This document shows positions 1 to 10,191 of a stretch of DNA of 32,000 nucleotides, piece after piece (position 1 is the first letter of the stretch; the number at the start of each line of letters is the position of its first letter). The stretch lies in the NCBI RefSeq assembly GCF_000015585.1, contig NC_008789.1, forward strand, positions 810,001-842,000, given 5' to 3'. Below the pieces are notes generated by a model that searched no databases, had not been told where the DNA came from, and saw only the letters and a program-made list of their open reading frames with translations. This stretch comes from Halorhodospira halophila SL1. Its GTDB lineage: Bacteria > Pseudomonadota > Gammaproteobacteria > Nitrococcales > Halorhodospiraceae. Position numbers and translations under genes: made by a program.

Positions 1-434
1 CCGGCCTCAAGCCGTACATCCAGCACATCGGGCTCTACAACAACAAGGCGCGCAACATCATCGCCGCCAGCCAGCAGCTCATCGAGCACCACGACGGCCA
101 GGTGCCCCGCGACCGCCCGGCCCTGGAGGCCCTGCCCGGGGTCGGGCGCAAGACGGCCAACGTCATCCTCAACGTCGCCTTCGGCGAGCCGACCATCGCC
201 GTGGATACGCACATCTTCCGCGTCGCCAACCGCACCGGGCTGGCCCCGGGGAAGAACGTCCGCGAGGTGGAGGCGGGGCTGGAGGCGGTGACGCCGGAGC
301 CGTTCCGACTCCACGCCCACCACTGGCTGATCCTGCACGGGCGCTACACCTGCACCGCCCGCCGCCCGCGCTGCGGGGCGTGCGTGATCGCTGATCTGTG
401 CGCCTTCCCGGAGAAAGACCCGGAACGGACCTAA
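1..434 (+). CDS. nth: Endonuclease III (DNA glycosylase/AP lyase), 5' end outside window
   Basis: Frame open from window edge to TAA 432-434. HhH motif LPGVGRKTANVIL, DTHIFRV, and C-terminal Fe-S ligand pattern C-x6-C-x2-C-x5-C (CTARRPRCGACVIADLC). Confidence 0.9.
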   Translation, partial: GLKPYIQHIGLYNNKARNIIAASQQLIEHHDGQVPRDRPALEALPGVGRKTANVILNVAFGEPTIAVDTHIFRVANRTGLAPGKNVREVEAGLEAVTPEPFRLHAHHWLILHGRYTCTARRPRCGACVIADLCAFPEKDPERT

Positions 435-480
435 GAGGTGGGGGCACCGGCCACGGCGCCATGAGGGGGCGCAGCCCACC

Positions 481-515
481 GGCACCGCTACCGACGGGGC
501 GCCGGCAGCGGTGCC
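481..515. terminator. GC-rich inverted repeat between convergent nth and argG
   Basis: ggcaccgct (481-489) pairs with agcggtgcc (507-515). No obvious T-tract, so function is uncertain. Confidence 0.3.
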
Positions 516-527
516 TCCGCGCCGGGG

Positions 528-1739
528 TCAGCCGCGGCGCTTGGCGCCGAGGCGCAGCCGCAGGGCGTTGAGGCGGATGAAGCCCTCGGCGTCCTTCTGG
601 TCGTAGGCGCCGGCGTCGTCCTCGAAGGTGGCCACCGAGGCGTCGAAGAGGCTCTTCGGCGACTGGCGGCCGACGACGATGACGTTGCCCTTGTAGAGCT
701 TCAGGCGCACGGTGCCCTCGACGTCCTGCTGGGTCTGGTCGATCATCGCCTGCAGCGCCTCGCGCTCCGGGGCGAACCAGTAGCCGTTGTAGACCAGCTC
801 GGCGTAGCGCGGCATCAGCTCGTCCTTCAGGTGCGCCGCATCGCGATCCAGGGTGATCGACTCCATGGCACGGTGGGCGCGCAGCAGGATGGTGCCGCCG
901 GGGGTCTCGTAGCAGCCGCGGGACTTCATGCCCACGTAGCGGTTCTCGACGATGTCGATCCGGCCGATGCCGTGGCGCGCCCCCAGGTCGTTGAGCCGGC
1001 CGAGCAGCGCCGCCGGCGAGAGCCGCTCGCCGTCGATGGCCACCGGATCGCCACCGGCGAAGGCGATGTCGATGTACTGCGGCTCGTCCGGCGCCGCCTC
1101 CGGCGCGTTGGTCCACAGCCACATCGCCTCCTCGGCCTCGGTCCAGGTGTCCTCCAGGACCCCGCCCTCGTAGGAGATGTGCAGCAGGTTGGCGTCCATG
1201 GAGTACGGCGCGCCGCCCTCCTCGCGCTTGCCCTCGATGTCGATGCCGTGGCGCTCGGCGTACTGCAGGAGCCGCTCGCGGGAGTTGAGGTCCCACTCCC
1301 GCCACGGGGCGATGACCTTGATCCCCGGCTCGAGGCCGTAGTAGCCGAGCTCGAAGCGGACCTGATCATTGCCCTTGCCGGTGGCGCCGTGGGCGACGGC
1401 GTCGGCGCCGGTCTCGCGGGCGATCTCCACCTGCCGCTTGGCGATCAGCGGCCGGGCGATGGAGGTGCCGAGCAGGTACTCGCCCTCGTAGACGGCGTTG
1501 GCGCGGAACATCGGGAAGACGAAGTCGCGGGCGAACTCCTCGCGCAGATCATCGACGTAGATCTCGCGGATCCCGAACGCCTCCGCCTTGCGCCGGGCGG
1601 GCTCCAGCTCCTCGCCCTGGCCCAGATCGGCGGTGAATGTCACCACCTCGCAGCCGTAGGTCTCCTCGAGCCACTTGAGGATCACGGAGGTGTCGAGACC
1701 GCCGGAGTAGGCGAGTACGACCTTCTTGACGTCCGACAT
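528..1739 (-). CDS. argG: Argininosuccinate synthase
   Basis: 403-aa ORF with N-terminal ATP-pyrophosphatase motif AYSGGLDTS. Full-length ArgG-like sequence, in an arg gene cluster. Confidence 0.95.
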
Positions 1740-1769
1740 GGGGAGCTCCTCGGTATTCAGGTTCAGGGG

Positions 1770-2672
1770 TCAGTATCCCAGCATCAGGAATTCAAGCAGC
1801 GCCTTCTGGGCGTGCAGGCGATTCTCCGCCTCGTCCCAGACGACGCTCTGCGGTCCTTCGAGCACCGCGGCCTCCACCTCCTCGCCCCGGTGGGCCGGCA
1901 GGCAGTGCATGAACAGCGCCTGCTCGCCGGCACACTCCATCAGCGACTCGGTCACGCAGAAGCCGCGGAAGGCCTCCTCGCGGGCCGCCTGCTCGCTCTC
2001 CTGGCCCATGCTCGCCCAGACGTCGGTGGTGACCAGGTCGGCGCCCTCGGCGGCGGCGTAGGCGTCGTCGAAGACCTGGACGCGGTCACCGCCCAGCGCC
2101 AGGATGTCCGCCTCCGGGCGGTACCCCGGCGGCGCGGCGATGTGCAGGTCGAAGCCGAGCAGGCCAGCGGCCTCGATCCAGCTATGGCACATGTTGTTGC
2201 CGTCGCCGATCCACGCCACGCGCCGGTCGGTGATCGGCCCGCGGTGCTCGGTGAAGGTCTGCAGATCGGCCAGCAGCTGGCACGGGTGGCACAGGTCCGA
2301 GAGGCCGTTGATCACCGGCGCCGCCGAGTGGCCGGCGAAGCGCTCCAGCATATCGTGGCCGAAGGTGCGGATCATCACCGCATCGACCATGCGCGAGACC
2401 ACCCGGGCGGTGTCCTCCACCGGCTCGCCGCGCCCAAGCTGGGTATCCCGCGGCGAGAGGAACAGGGCGTGGCCCCCGAGCTGCGCCATGCCGGCCTCGA
2501 AGGAGACCCGGGTGCGGGTGGAGGATTTCTCGAAGACCATCCCCAGCACCCGGCCCTGCAGGGGCTGGTGCAGATGCCCGGCACGGTGCATGTCGCGCAG
2601 CTCCGTGGCCCGGCGCAGCAGCTGGTGGATCTCGTCGACGGAGCAGTCACGCAGGGTGAGGAAGTGGCGCAT
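1770..2672 (-). CDS. argF: Ornithine carbamoyltransferase
   Basis: 300-aa ORF with motifs STRTR, HPCQ and [10 protein letters not shown]. Confidence 0.93.
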   Translation of the reverse strand: MRHFLTLRDCSVDEIHQLLRRATELRDMHRAGHLHQPLQGRVLGMVFEKSSTRTRVSFEAGMAQLGGHALFLSPRDTQLGRGEPVEDTARVVSRMVDAVMIRTFGHDMLERFAGHSAAPVINGLSDLCHPCQLLADLQTFTEHRGPITDRRVAWIGDGNNMCHSWIEAAGLLGFDLHIAAPPGYRPEADILALGGDRVQVFDDAYAAAEGADLVTTDVWASMGQESEQAAREEAFRGFCVTESLMECAGEQALFMHCLPAHRGEEVEAAVLEGPQSVVWDEAENRLHAQKALLEFLMLGY

Positions 2673-2701
2673 CCAGGACGCCCTCCTTGGTTCGGTTCAG
2701 G

Positions 2702-3883
2702 TCAGGCGCCGGCCAGGTGGCGGCGCACTAGGTCGACGACGCCGTCGGCGAGCTGGCGGATCTCATCATCGTCCAGGGTCAGCGGCGGGACCAGCCGGAC
2801 CACGCGGCCGGCGGTCACGTTGATCAGCAGTCCGGCCTCCAGGGCCTGGCGCGGCAGGGCGCTGGCCTCCACGGCGAGCTCGACGCCGACCATCAGCCCG
2901 CGGCCGCGGATCTCCCGCACCCCGTCGACACCGGCCAGCCCCTCGGCCAGGCGGGCACGCAGCGCCTCGCCGGCTCGGGCGGCGGCCGCCGGCAGGTCCT
3001 CGCCCTCGAGGGTGTCGAGCACCGCCAGCGCCGCCCGGGCGGCCAGCGGATTGCCGCCGTAGGTCGTGCCGTGGCTGCCGGGGCCAAGGATCTCGGCGTG
3101 CTCGGCGGCGGCCAGGCAGGCGCCGATGGGCAGACCGTTGCCCAGGGCCTTGGCCAGCACCAGGACGTCCGGGCGGATGCCGGCCTGCTCGAAGGCGAAC
3201 AGCGTGCCGGTCCGCCCCATGCCGGTCTGCACCTCGTCGAGCATCAGCAGCCAGCCGCGCTCGTCGCAGAGCCGGCGCAGCCGCGCCAGGTAGTCCGCCG
3301 GCGGGATCTGCACCCCGCCCTCGCCCTGGATCGGCTCGACCAGCACGGCGCAGACCGCCGGATCGTCGACGGCCGCCACCGCGTCGGCATCCCCGTAGGG
3401 CACACGCAGGAAGCCCTCGGGCAGCGGCGCGAACCCCTCGTGGGCCTGCGGGTTCCCGGTGGCCGCCAGCGCCCCCAGGGTCCGGCCGTGGAAGGCGCCG
3501 TCGGCCACCACGATCTGCGGCGCCGTGATGCCGCGGCCGGCCGCATACCGGCGGGCCAGTTTGATGGCCGCCTCGTTGGCCTCGGCCCCGGAGTTGCAGA
3601 AAAACGCCGCGCCCATCCCGGCGGCGGCGCACAGGCGCTCGGCCAGGCGTTCCTGCAGCGGCACCCGGTAGAGGTTGGAGGTGTGCACCAGGGTCTGCGC
3701 CTGCTCGGCCACCACCCGGGCGATGGCCGGATGGCTGTGGCCCAGCCCGCACACGGCGATACCGGCCACGCCGTCGAGATAGGCGTGACCCTGCTCGTCG
3801 TACAGCCACGCCCCCTCACCCCGGGTGAAGGCGACGGGCAGGCGGTTGTAGGTGGGGATCAGGGCTTGCATGGACCGTTTCAT
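2702..3883 (-). CDS. argD: Acetylornithine aminotransferase (class III PLP aminotransferase)
   Basis: 393-aa ORF with LMLDEVQTGMGRTG and a PLP-lysine context VLAKALGNG. Sits upstream of argF-argG on the same strand. Confidence 0.88.
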   Translation of the reverse strand: MKRSMQALIPTYNRLPVAFTRGEGAWLYDEQGHAYLDGVAGIAVCGLGHSHPAIARVVAEQAQTLVHTSNLYRVPLQERLAERLCAAAGMGAAFFCNSGAEANEAAIKLARRYAAGRGITAPQIVVADGAFHGRTLGALAATGNPQAHEGFAPLPEGFLRVPYGDADAVAAVDDPAVCAVLVEPIQGEGGVQIPPADYLARLRRLCDERGWLLMLDEVQTGMGRTGTLFAFEQAGIRPDVLVLAKALGNGLPIGACLAAAEHAEILGPGSHGTTYGGNPLAARAALAVLDTLEGEDLPAAAARAGEALRARLAEGLAGVDGVREIRGRGLMVGVELAVEASALPRQALEAGLLINVTAGRVVRLVPPLTLDDDEIRQLADGVVDLVRRHLAGA

Positions 3884-3981
3884 ACCCGCATGGAACCGGC
3901 TCTAGAAGCCGGGAAAAAACGTCTAACCTAACCGCCGACGGGACCCGGCGCAAGCACCGCAACCCCTTGGAATCCCGGCGG

Positions 3982-4662
3982 CTAGAAGCTGGACGGACGG
4001 CCGCAGTGCGCGTCCCAGCAGTTGACGATGGCGCAGAAGAGCTCGGCGGTCTTCTCGGCGTCGTAGATCGCCGAGTGGGCCTCCTTGGCGTCCCACTCGA
4101 TGCCGGCGGCCTTCACCGCCTTGGCCAGCACCGTCTGCCCGTAAGCCAGCCCGCCCAGGGTGGCGGTGTCGAAACTGGAGAAGGGGTGGAAGGGATTGCG
4201 CTTGAAGCCGGTCCGCGTCACCGCGGCGTTGAGGAAGGCCAGATCGAAGAAGGCGTTGTGGCCGACCAGCACCGCCCGATTGCAGCCGGTGTTACGCAAC
4301 TCCTGCCGGACCGGGTTGAACATCTTGCCCAGGGCGTCGCGCTCGGGCACCGCCATGCGCAGTGGGTGCTCGGGGTCGATGCCGTTGAGCTCCAGCGCCT
4401 TGGGGTCGATGCGTGCCCCCTCGAAAGGCTGGACATGACAGGTGTGCGTCTCCGCCGGATAGAGCCGGCCGGTGCCCTCCTCGGCGCGCAGGATCACCGC
4501 CGCGATCTGCAGCAGGGCATCGGTCTCGGCCTGCAGCCCGCCCGTCTCCACATCCACCACCACCGGCAGGAAGGCCCGAAAACGGGTGCGCAGGGGGGGG
4601 ATCTCGGTGCTCTGAATACGCTCGTCCGCGGCGGACGACTGCGCGGGGTTCTGCTCGGTCAT
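3982..4662 (-). CDS. rnt: Ribonuclease T (DEDDh 3'-5' exoribonuclease)
   Basis: 226 aa. Exo[10 protein letters not shown], Exo[15 protein letters not shown], ExoIII H-x4-D (HSAIYDAEK). Confidence 0.88.
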   Translation of the reverse strand: MTEQNPAQSSAADERIQSTEIPPLRTRFRAFLPVVVDVETGGLQAETDALLQIAAVILRAEEGTGRLYPAETHTCHVQPFEGARIDPKALELNGIDPEHPLRMAVPERDALGKMFNPVRQELRNTGCNRAVLVGHNAFFDLAFLNAAVTRTGFKRNPFHPFSSFDTATLGGLAYGQTVLAKAVKAAGIEWDAKEAHSAIYDAEKTAELFCAIVNCWDAHCGRPSSF

Positions 4663-4733
4663 GGGGCTGCCGTAACTGGATTCGGGTGCCGCATGCTACG
4701 GCGCCCCGTGAGCGCGAGCAAGCCGCCCGGCCC

Positions 4734-5069
4734 TCAGCCGCTGGCGCCCGCCCCGGCGGCGTCGACCAGCTGCTGCAGCTCGCCGGAGTCGAACATCTCC
4801 ATGATGATATCGCAGCCGCCGACCAGCTCGCCGTCGATGTAGAGCTGCGGGATGGTCGGCCAGTCGCCGTAGTCCTTGATCCCCTGACGGATGCGCTCAT
4901 CCTGGAGCACATCCACGTAGGCGAACTCCCGCCCGCAGCCGGCCAGGGCCTGGGCCGCCCGCTGCGAGAAGCCGCACATGGGCTGCTCCGGGCTGCCCTT
5001 CATGTACAGCAGGATCGGGTTCTCCGACACCTGGCGGGCAATGGTCTGCTGAACCGATTCGTCGCTCAT
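4734..5069 (-). CDS. grxD: Monothiol glutaredoxin (Grx4 family)
   Basis: CGFS active site (QPMCGFSQRA). Start placed at ATG 5067-5069 (MSDESVQQ...) rather than the longer ORF-track start. Confidence 0.88.
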   Translation of the reverse strand: MSDESVQQTIARQVSENPILLYMKGSPEQPMCGFSQRAAQALAGCGREFAYVDVLQDERIRQGIKDYGDWPTIPQLYIDGELVGGCDIIMEMFDSGELQQLVDAAGAGASG

Positions 5070-5171
5070 TGCGTCTCCATCCTCTGCGGCAGATCCGCGG
5101 CGGGGCCCGCTTCCGGCCACCGCCTGGCGGGCATCGTAAAACGCCACTCCGGCGCGCTCATCCCACCCACC

Positions 5172-6209
5172 CTAGGGTTGGTGCAACCGCCAGGCCAGGC
5201 TCTCGCCGGCGCGCAGGGGCACCACCGGCTCATCGCCGCCGGGGTAGCTGGCCGGCACCTCCAGCGGGGCCCGCTCCAGGGTAACCGTCTCCGGGTTGAC
5301 CGGCAGGCCGTAGAAGGCCGGGCCGTTGCGCCCGGCGAAATCGGCCAGCCGCTCCAGCGCACCGGCCGCCTCGAAGGCCTCGGCGTAGAGCGATAGCGCG
5401 ATGGGCGCCGTATAGCAGCCGGCACAGCCACACGCCGACTCCTTGGCCCCCCGGGGGTGCGGGGCGGAGTCGGTGCCCAGGAAGACCCGCGGGTGGCCGG
5501 AGGTGGCGGCCTCGAGCAGCGCCTCGCGGTCGGCCTCGCGCTTGAGGATCGGCATGCAGTAGTAGTGCGGTTTGAGCCCGCCGACGAGCAGATCGTTGCG
5601 GTTGTAGAGCAGGTGCTGCGGTGTGAAGGTCCCGGCCAGACGCGGGTCGTCGCCGGTCACCAGCTCGGCGCCGACGGCGGTGGTGACGTGCTCGAGCACC
5701 ACCTTCAGCCGCGGGTGCCGGTCGAGCAGCGGCTGGAGCACATCGTCGATGAAGGCCGTCTCGCGCTCGAAGATATCCAGCTCCGGGCCCGTGCGCTCGC
5801 CGTGGATCAGCAGCGGCAGGCCCTGCTCCTCCATGGCGGCGAGGGCATCGTAGCAGAGCAGCAGATCGGTGACGCCGGCATCCGAGTGCGTGGTGGCCCC
5901 CGCCGGGTAGAGCTTGACGGCGTGCACGAAACCGCTGGCCGCCGCACGGACGATCTCCTCGGGCGAGGTCTTGTCGGTGAGGTAGAGCGTCATCAGCGGC
6001 TCGAAGGTCGAGCCCGCCGGCAGCGCGCCGAGGATGCGCTGGCGGTAGGCCGCCGCCTGCTCCACCGTGGTCACCGGCGGCTGCAGGTTGGGCATGATGA
6101 TCGCCCGCGAGAAGACCGCCGCGGCCTGGGGGGCCACGGCCTGCATGAGGGCACCGTCGCGCAGGTGCAGGTGCCAGTCGTCGGGCCGGGGCAGGGTCAG
6201 GGTATCCAT
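5172..6209 (-). CDS. pyrC: Dihydroorotase (homodimeric type)
   Basis: 345 aa from ATG 6207-6209 (MDTLTLPRPDDWHLHLRDG, HxH metal site). The longer ORF-track start runs antisense through the tRNA gene and is rejected. Confidence 0.9.
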   Translation of the reverse strand: MDTLTLPRPDDWHLHLRDGALMQAVAPQAAAVFSRAIIMPNLQPPVTTVEQAAAYRQRILGALPAGSTFEPLMTLYLTDKTSPEEIVRAAASGFVHAVKLYPAGATTHSDAGVTDLLLCYDALAAMEEQGLPLLIHGERTGPELDIFERETAFIDDVLQPLLDRHPRLKVVLEHVTTAVGAELVTGDDPRLAGTFTPQHLLYNRNDLLVGGLKPHYYCMPILKREADREALLEAATSGHPRVFLGTDSAPHPRGAKESACGCAGCYTAPIALSLYAEAFEAAGALERLADFAGRNGPAFYGLPVNPETVTLERAPLEVPASYPGGDEPVVPLRAGESLAWRLHQP

Positions 6210-6302
6210 GGAGAGGAGTTTCCAAGCGCTGCCGGCCAGTTGCAAGGGGCGGCCGGGGTTTTGCAGGGCGTCGGCTTGTGGTAGAGTGCGCAACTGATCG
6301 AT

Positions 6303-6378
6303 GGGGCCGTAGCTCAGTTGGGAGAGCGCGACATTCGCATTGTCGAGGTCAGGGGTTCGACTCCCCTCGGCTCCACCA
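6303..6378 (+). tRNA. tRNA-Ala (anticodon CGC)
   Basis: 76-nt cloverleaf folded by hand: acceptor GGGGCCG/CGGCTCC with the G3:U70 alanine identity pair, anticodon loop TTCGCAT, T-arm AGGGG-TTCGACT-CCCCT, encoded CCA. Confidence 0.93.
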
Positions 6379-6730
6379 CCTATCACCAACGTACACCATT
6401 TATCCTCAGATAGTTACGGCGCATCTAGTGGCGCCGGGTGGAGATAAGTGGCGTCACGTTTCGCAGGATTCTCGCAGGGCGCTGAGCGTCGCATGATGAG
6501 TGCGACAGCTGGGGCCTGCGAAGACCCGACGCGCCGACACGGATCGCCACGGACCAGCAGGTCAGACCGTCTCGACCCGGTGCGACCAGACAACTCTGGA
6601 CGTCCTGGTTTCTCACGACTGTCCCCAGGTCCCGGCTCCGCATTGACGAACTGCTGGAACTCAACGAGCTCACTGGTGTGCTAGCCTGACCGTACGGATA
6701 GATGGACCGTTTTCCCGATGAGGCCCAGCT

Positions 6731-6988
6731 ATGTTTCGTGTCGCCAACCGCTCCAAGAAGTCGCTCTCCAGCGGCGCGCGAGCGATCTCCCTGCGCCCAA
6801 GGAAGCGCAAGCAGGTCAAAGCGAGGACAACGCTCTCGCGCCCAGTAGCCCAAGTTGAAAAGGTGACGCGGGCACGGGACGGCTTCGCCGCGGACCGGAA
6901 AGTACTACGTGGCGGCACCGAGCGCGTTGCGAAGGCTATGCGCCGCAAGGTCGCGGAGAAGGAAAAAGAGTTCGGCCATGAGTCGTGA
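6731..6988 (+). CDS. Hypothetical small basic protein
   Basis: 85-aa ORF only, very K/R-rich, no recognisable motif, in the lower-GC patch. Confidence 0.25.
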   Translation: MFRVANRSKKSLSSGARAISLRPRKRKQVKARTTLSRPVAQVEKVTRARDGFAADRKVLRGGTERVAKAMRRKVAEKEKEFGHES

Positions 6989-7478
6989 CTCCGAGGATGG
7001 CGAGTCACGTCACGATCCCGATGCCGAACCTGCCCGACGCGGAGAGCTGGCGAGTTCGGACGCTGATTCGCCGGATCTCTCCGTATCGGTTTCGCCCCTC
7101 CCATCCGCCGAGGACCTCAGACGACTTGACACGTACCAGAGCGGACTCGGACGTGAAGTCATCGACATGGTCAAAGCGGAGCAAGCGTCCCGGCACGAGG
7201 AGAGCCGACGCCAGCTAGACGCCCAGGATAGGCGGCTTGAACTTGAGCAAAAGCGGCTTGAGCTCAAGGAGAAGTCCATCAACCTCGAGCAGCGGCAGGC
7301 CGACGACGATTCAAACGATAACCGTCGCCTCCACTGGATGGCGTACTCGATCGTTCTTATCATCCTCGCCACTGTCATTCCGATTGGGGTCGCTGTCGCC
7401 TTCCTGCTCGCCCCCTGGGCCGGCGTCGTGATCATCTCTGTAGCCTCTGGGCTACTGTCAGCCGCTCGCCTGATCTGA
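6978..7478 (+). CDS. DUF2335-like membrane protein
   Basis: ATG 6978 preceded by ggagaaggaaaaagag. LPSAEDLRRLDTYQSGLGREVIDMVKAEQASRHE resembles the DUF2335 signature (P-x-P-E-x-L-x-x-Y...HR). A coiled-coil stretch is followed by two C-terminal TM helices. Confidence 0.55.
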   Translation: MSRDSEDGESRHDPDAEPARRGELASSDADSPDLSVSVSPLPSAEDLRRLDTYQSGLGREVIDMVKAEQASRHEESRRQLDAQDRRLELEQKRLELKEKSINLEQRQADDDSNDNRRLHWMAYSIVLIILATVIPIGVAVAFLLAPWAGVVIISVASGLLSAARLI

Positions 7479-7646
7479 TCTGCTTTCGGCGCAGGCGTCG
7501 CCACCACAGACACACCCCCTGATGCCGCCCTCCTACGCCGCGGCCACAGCTGCCCGACCCCTGCGGCTGTCGGCAGTTTTGACAACGCAACACCCCGACC
7601 CTCGCCTGCCCCGAAAAACGCGATTCCAATCAATGCCCTGGCAAAA

Positions 7647-7662
7647 CGGCACGGAACCTGCT
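7647..7662 (+). promoter_or_regulatory. Candidate sigma-54 (-24/-12) promoter of the EBP-OMP operon
   Basis: cGGCACggaacCTGCt has correct GG-N10-GC spacing and a perfect GGCAC -24 box; the -12 box is CTGC instead of TTGC. Lies about 45 nt upstream of ATG 7708. Confidence 0.45.
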
Positions 7663-7707
7663 CAGCCGTGTGTCCATTCCGTACCACCTGCCAGGAGAGA
7701 CAATCGC

Positions 7708-9071
<1,364 letters not shown>

Positions 9072-9075
<4 letters not shown>

Positions 9076-10175
9076 GCCGGGGGCACGGGCCTCGCGCCCG
9101 CCCCCCGCTGCGGCGCCGGATGCAACGGTGGTCCGGCCTCCCCCTGGCCGTGCTCCTCGCCGCCACGCCGCTGCTGGCCAGCGCCAACGAACCCGACGCG
9201 GTGGGCGCCCCGCCTCCGCCCCAGGAGACCGCCGGCGGACTGCAGCAGCGCACCATCCTCTCGCCCCAGGGCTCGTTCACCGCCGAGCCGTCGCTGAGCT
9301 ACTCCCAGTCCACGTCAACGCGGGTGGCCATCGACGGGGTCACCATTCTGCCGGCCATCGCCGTGGGGCTGATCTCGGTGCGCCAGACCCAGCGCGAGAG
9401 CCTCACCGCCGCGCTGGGGCTGCGCTACGGGCTCACCGACCGGCTGGAGGTGGAGACACGCATCCCCTACGTCTACCGCGAGGAGCAGGTGCGCGAGCGC
9501 GAGATCCTGCAGAGTTCGGACTTCGCCGGCATCAGAGACTCCGACGGCTACGGCCTGGGGGATGTCGAGGCCTCGTTGCGCTACCAGCTGAGCAGCGGCC
9601 GCGGCGACGGCGCCATCTTCACCGGCGGCCTGCGCGTGAAGAGCCGCACCGGGCGGGATCCGTTTGAGGTCGAGACCGACGAGATCCCCCTCGACGACGG
9701 CAACAGCGATGCACGCAACATCTCCATCTACAGCGAACAGCCCACCGGCAGCGGCTTCTACGCCGTCCAGCCCAGCCTCAACTGGGTCTACCCCTCGGAG
9801 CCGGCGGTGCTCTACGGCAGCCTGAGCTACCTCTACAACATCCCGCGCACCGTGACCCTGGAGGGGTCCGATGGCCCGATGCGCGTGCGCATCGAGCCGG
9901 GCAGCGCCATCGGGGTGAGCTTCGGCATGGGGCTGGCCCTCAACGACCGTACCTCGCTCAGCCTCGGTTACGACCACACCGCGGTACTGCGCACGCGCAC
10001 CGACGGCGCCCCCCGGGTGGATGCCGAGTTCGGCCGTTTTCAGGTGGGCTCGCTGCTGATCGGCGCCTCGCACCGGCTCGGACCGCGGACCAGCCTGGGG
10101 CTGTCGGTGGGCGTCGGGGTCACCGCGGAGGCCCCGGACGTGCAGGTGACCCTGCGCCTGCCGATTCGCTTCTGA
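9072..10175 (+). CDS. Outer-membrane beta-barrel protein (transporter-like)
   Basis: GTGA overlap with the EBP stop; an alternative ATG lies at 9120. Signal peptide ...LLAATPLLASA|NE, alternating beta-strand pattern, GYGLGD motif, C-terminal ...LRLPIRF (terminal Phe). Confidence 0.75.
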
Positions 10176-10191
10176 GCCGTCGGGGCCGGGC

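Noticed and set aside
831-3062. 743-aa plus-strand ORF spanning argG-argF-argD
   Set aside because: It lies antisense to three well-supported genes. Its composition is low-complexity and A/G/R/L/V-rich, typical of stop-free shadow frames in high-GC DNA, and it has no motifs.
7522-7707. Longer N-terminal extension of the EBP (ORF-track start 7522)
   Set aside because: The extension is P/A/R-rich with no RBS and would swallow the candidate -24/-12 promoter. ATG 7708 has a good aggagaga RBS.
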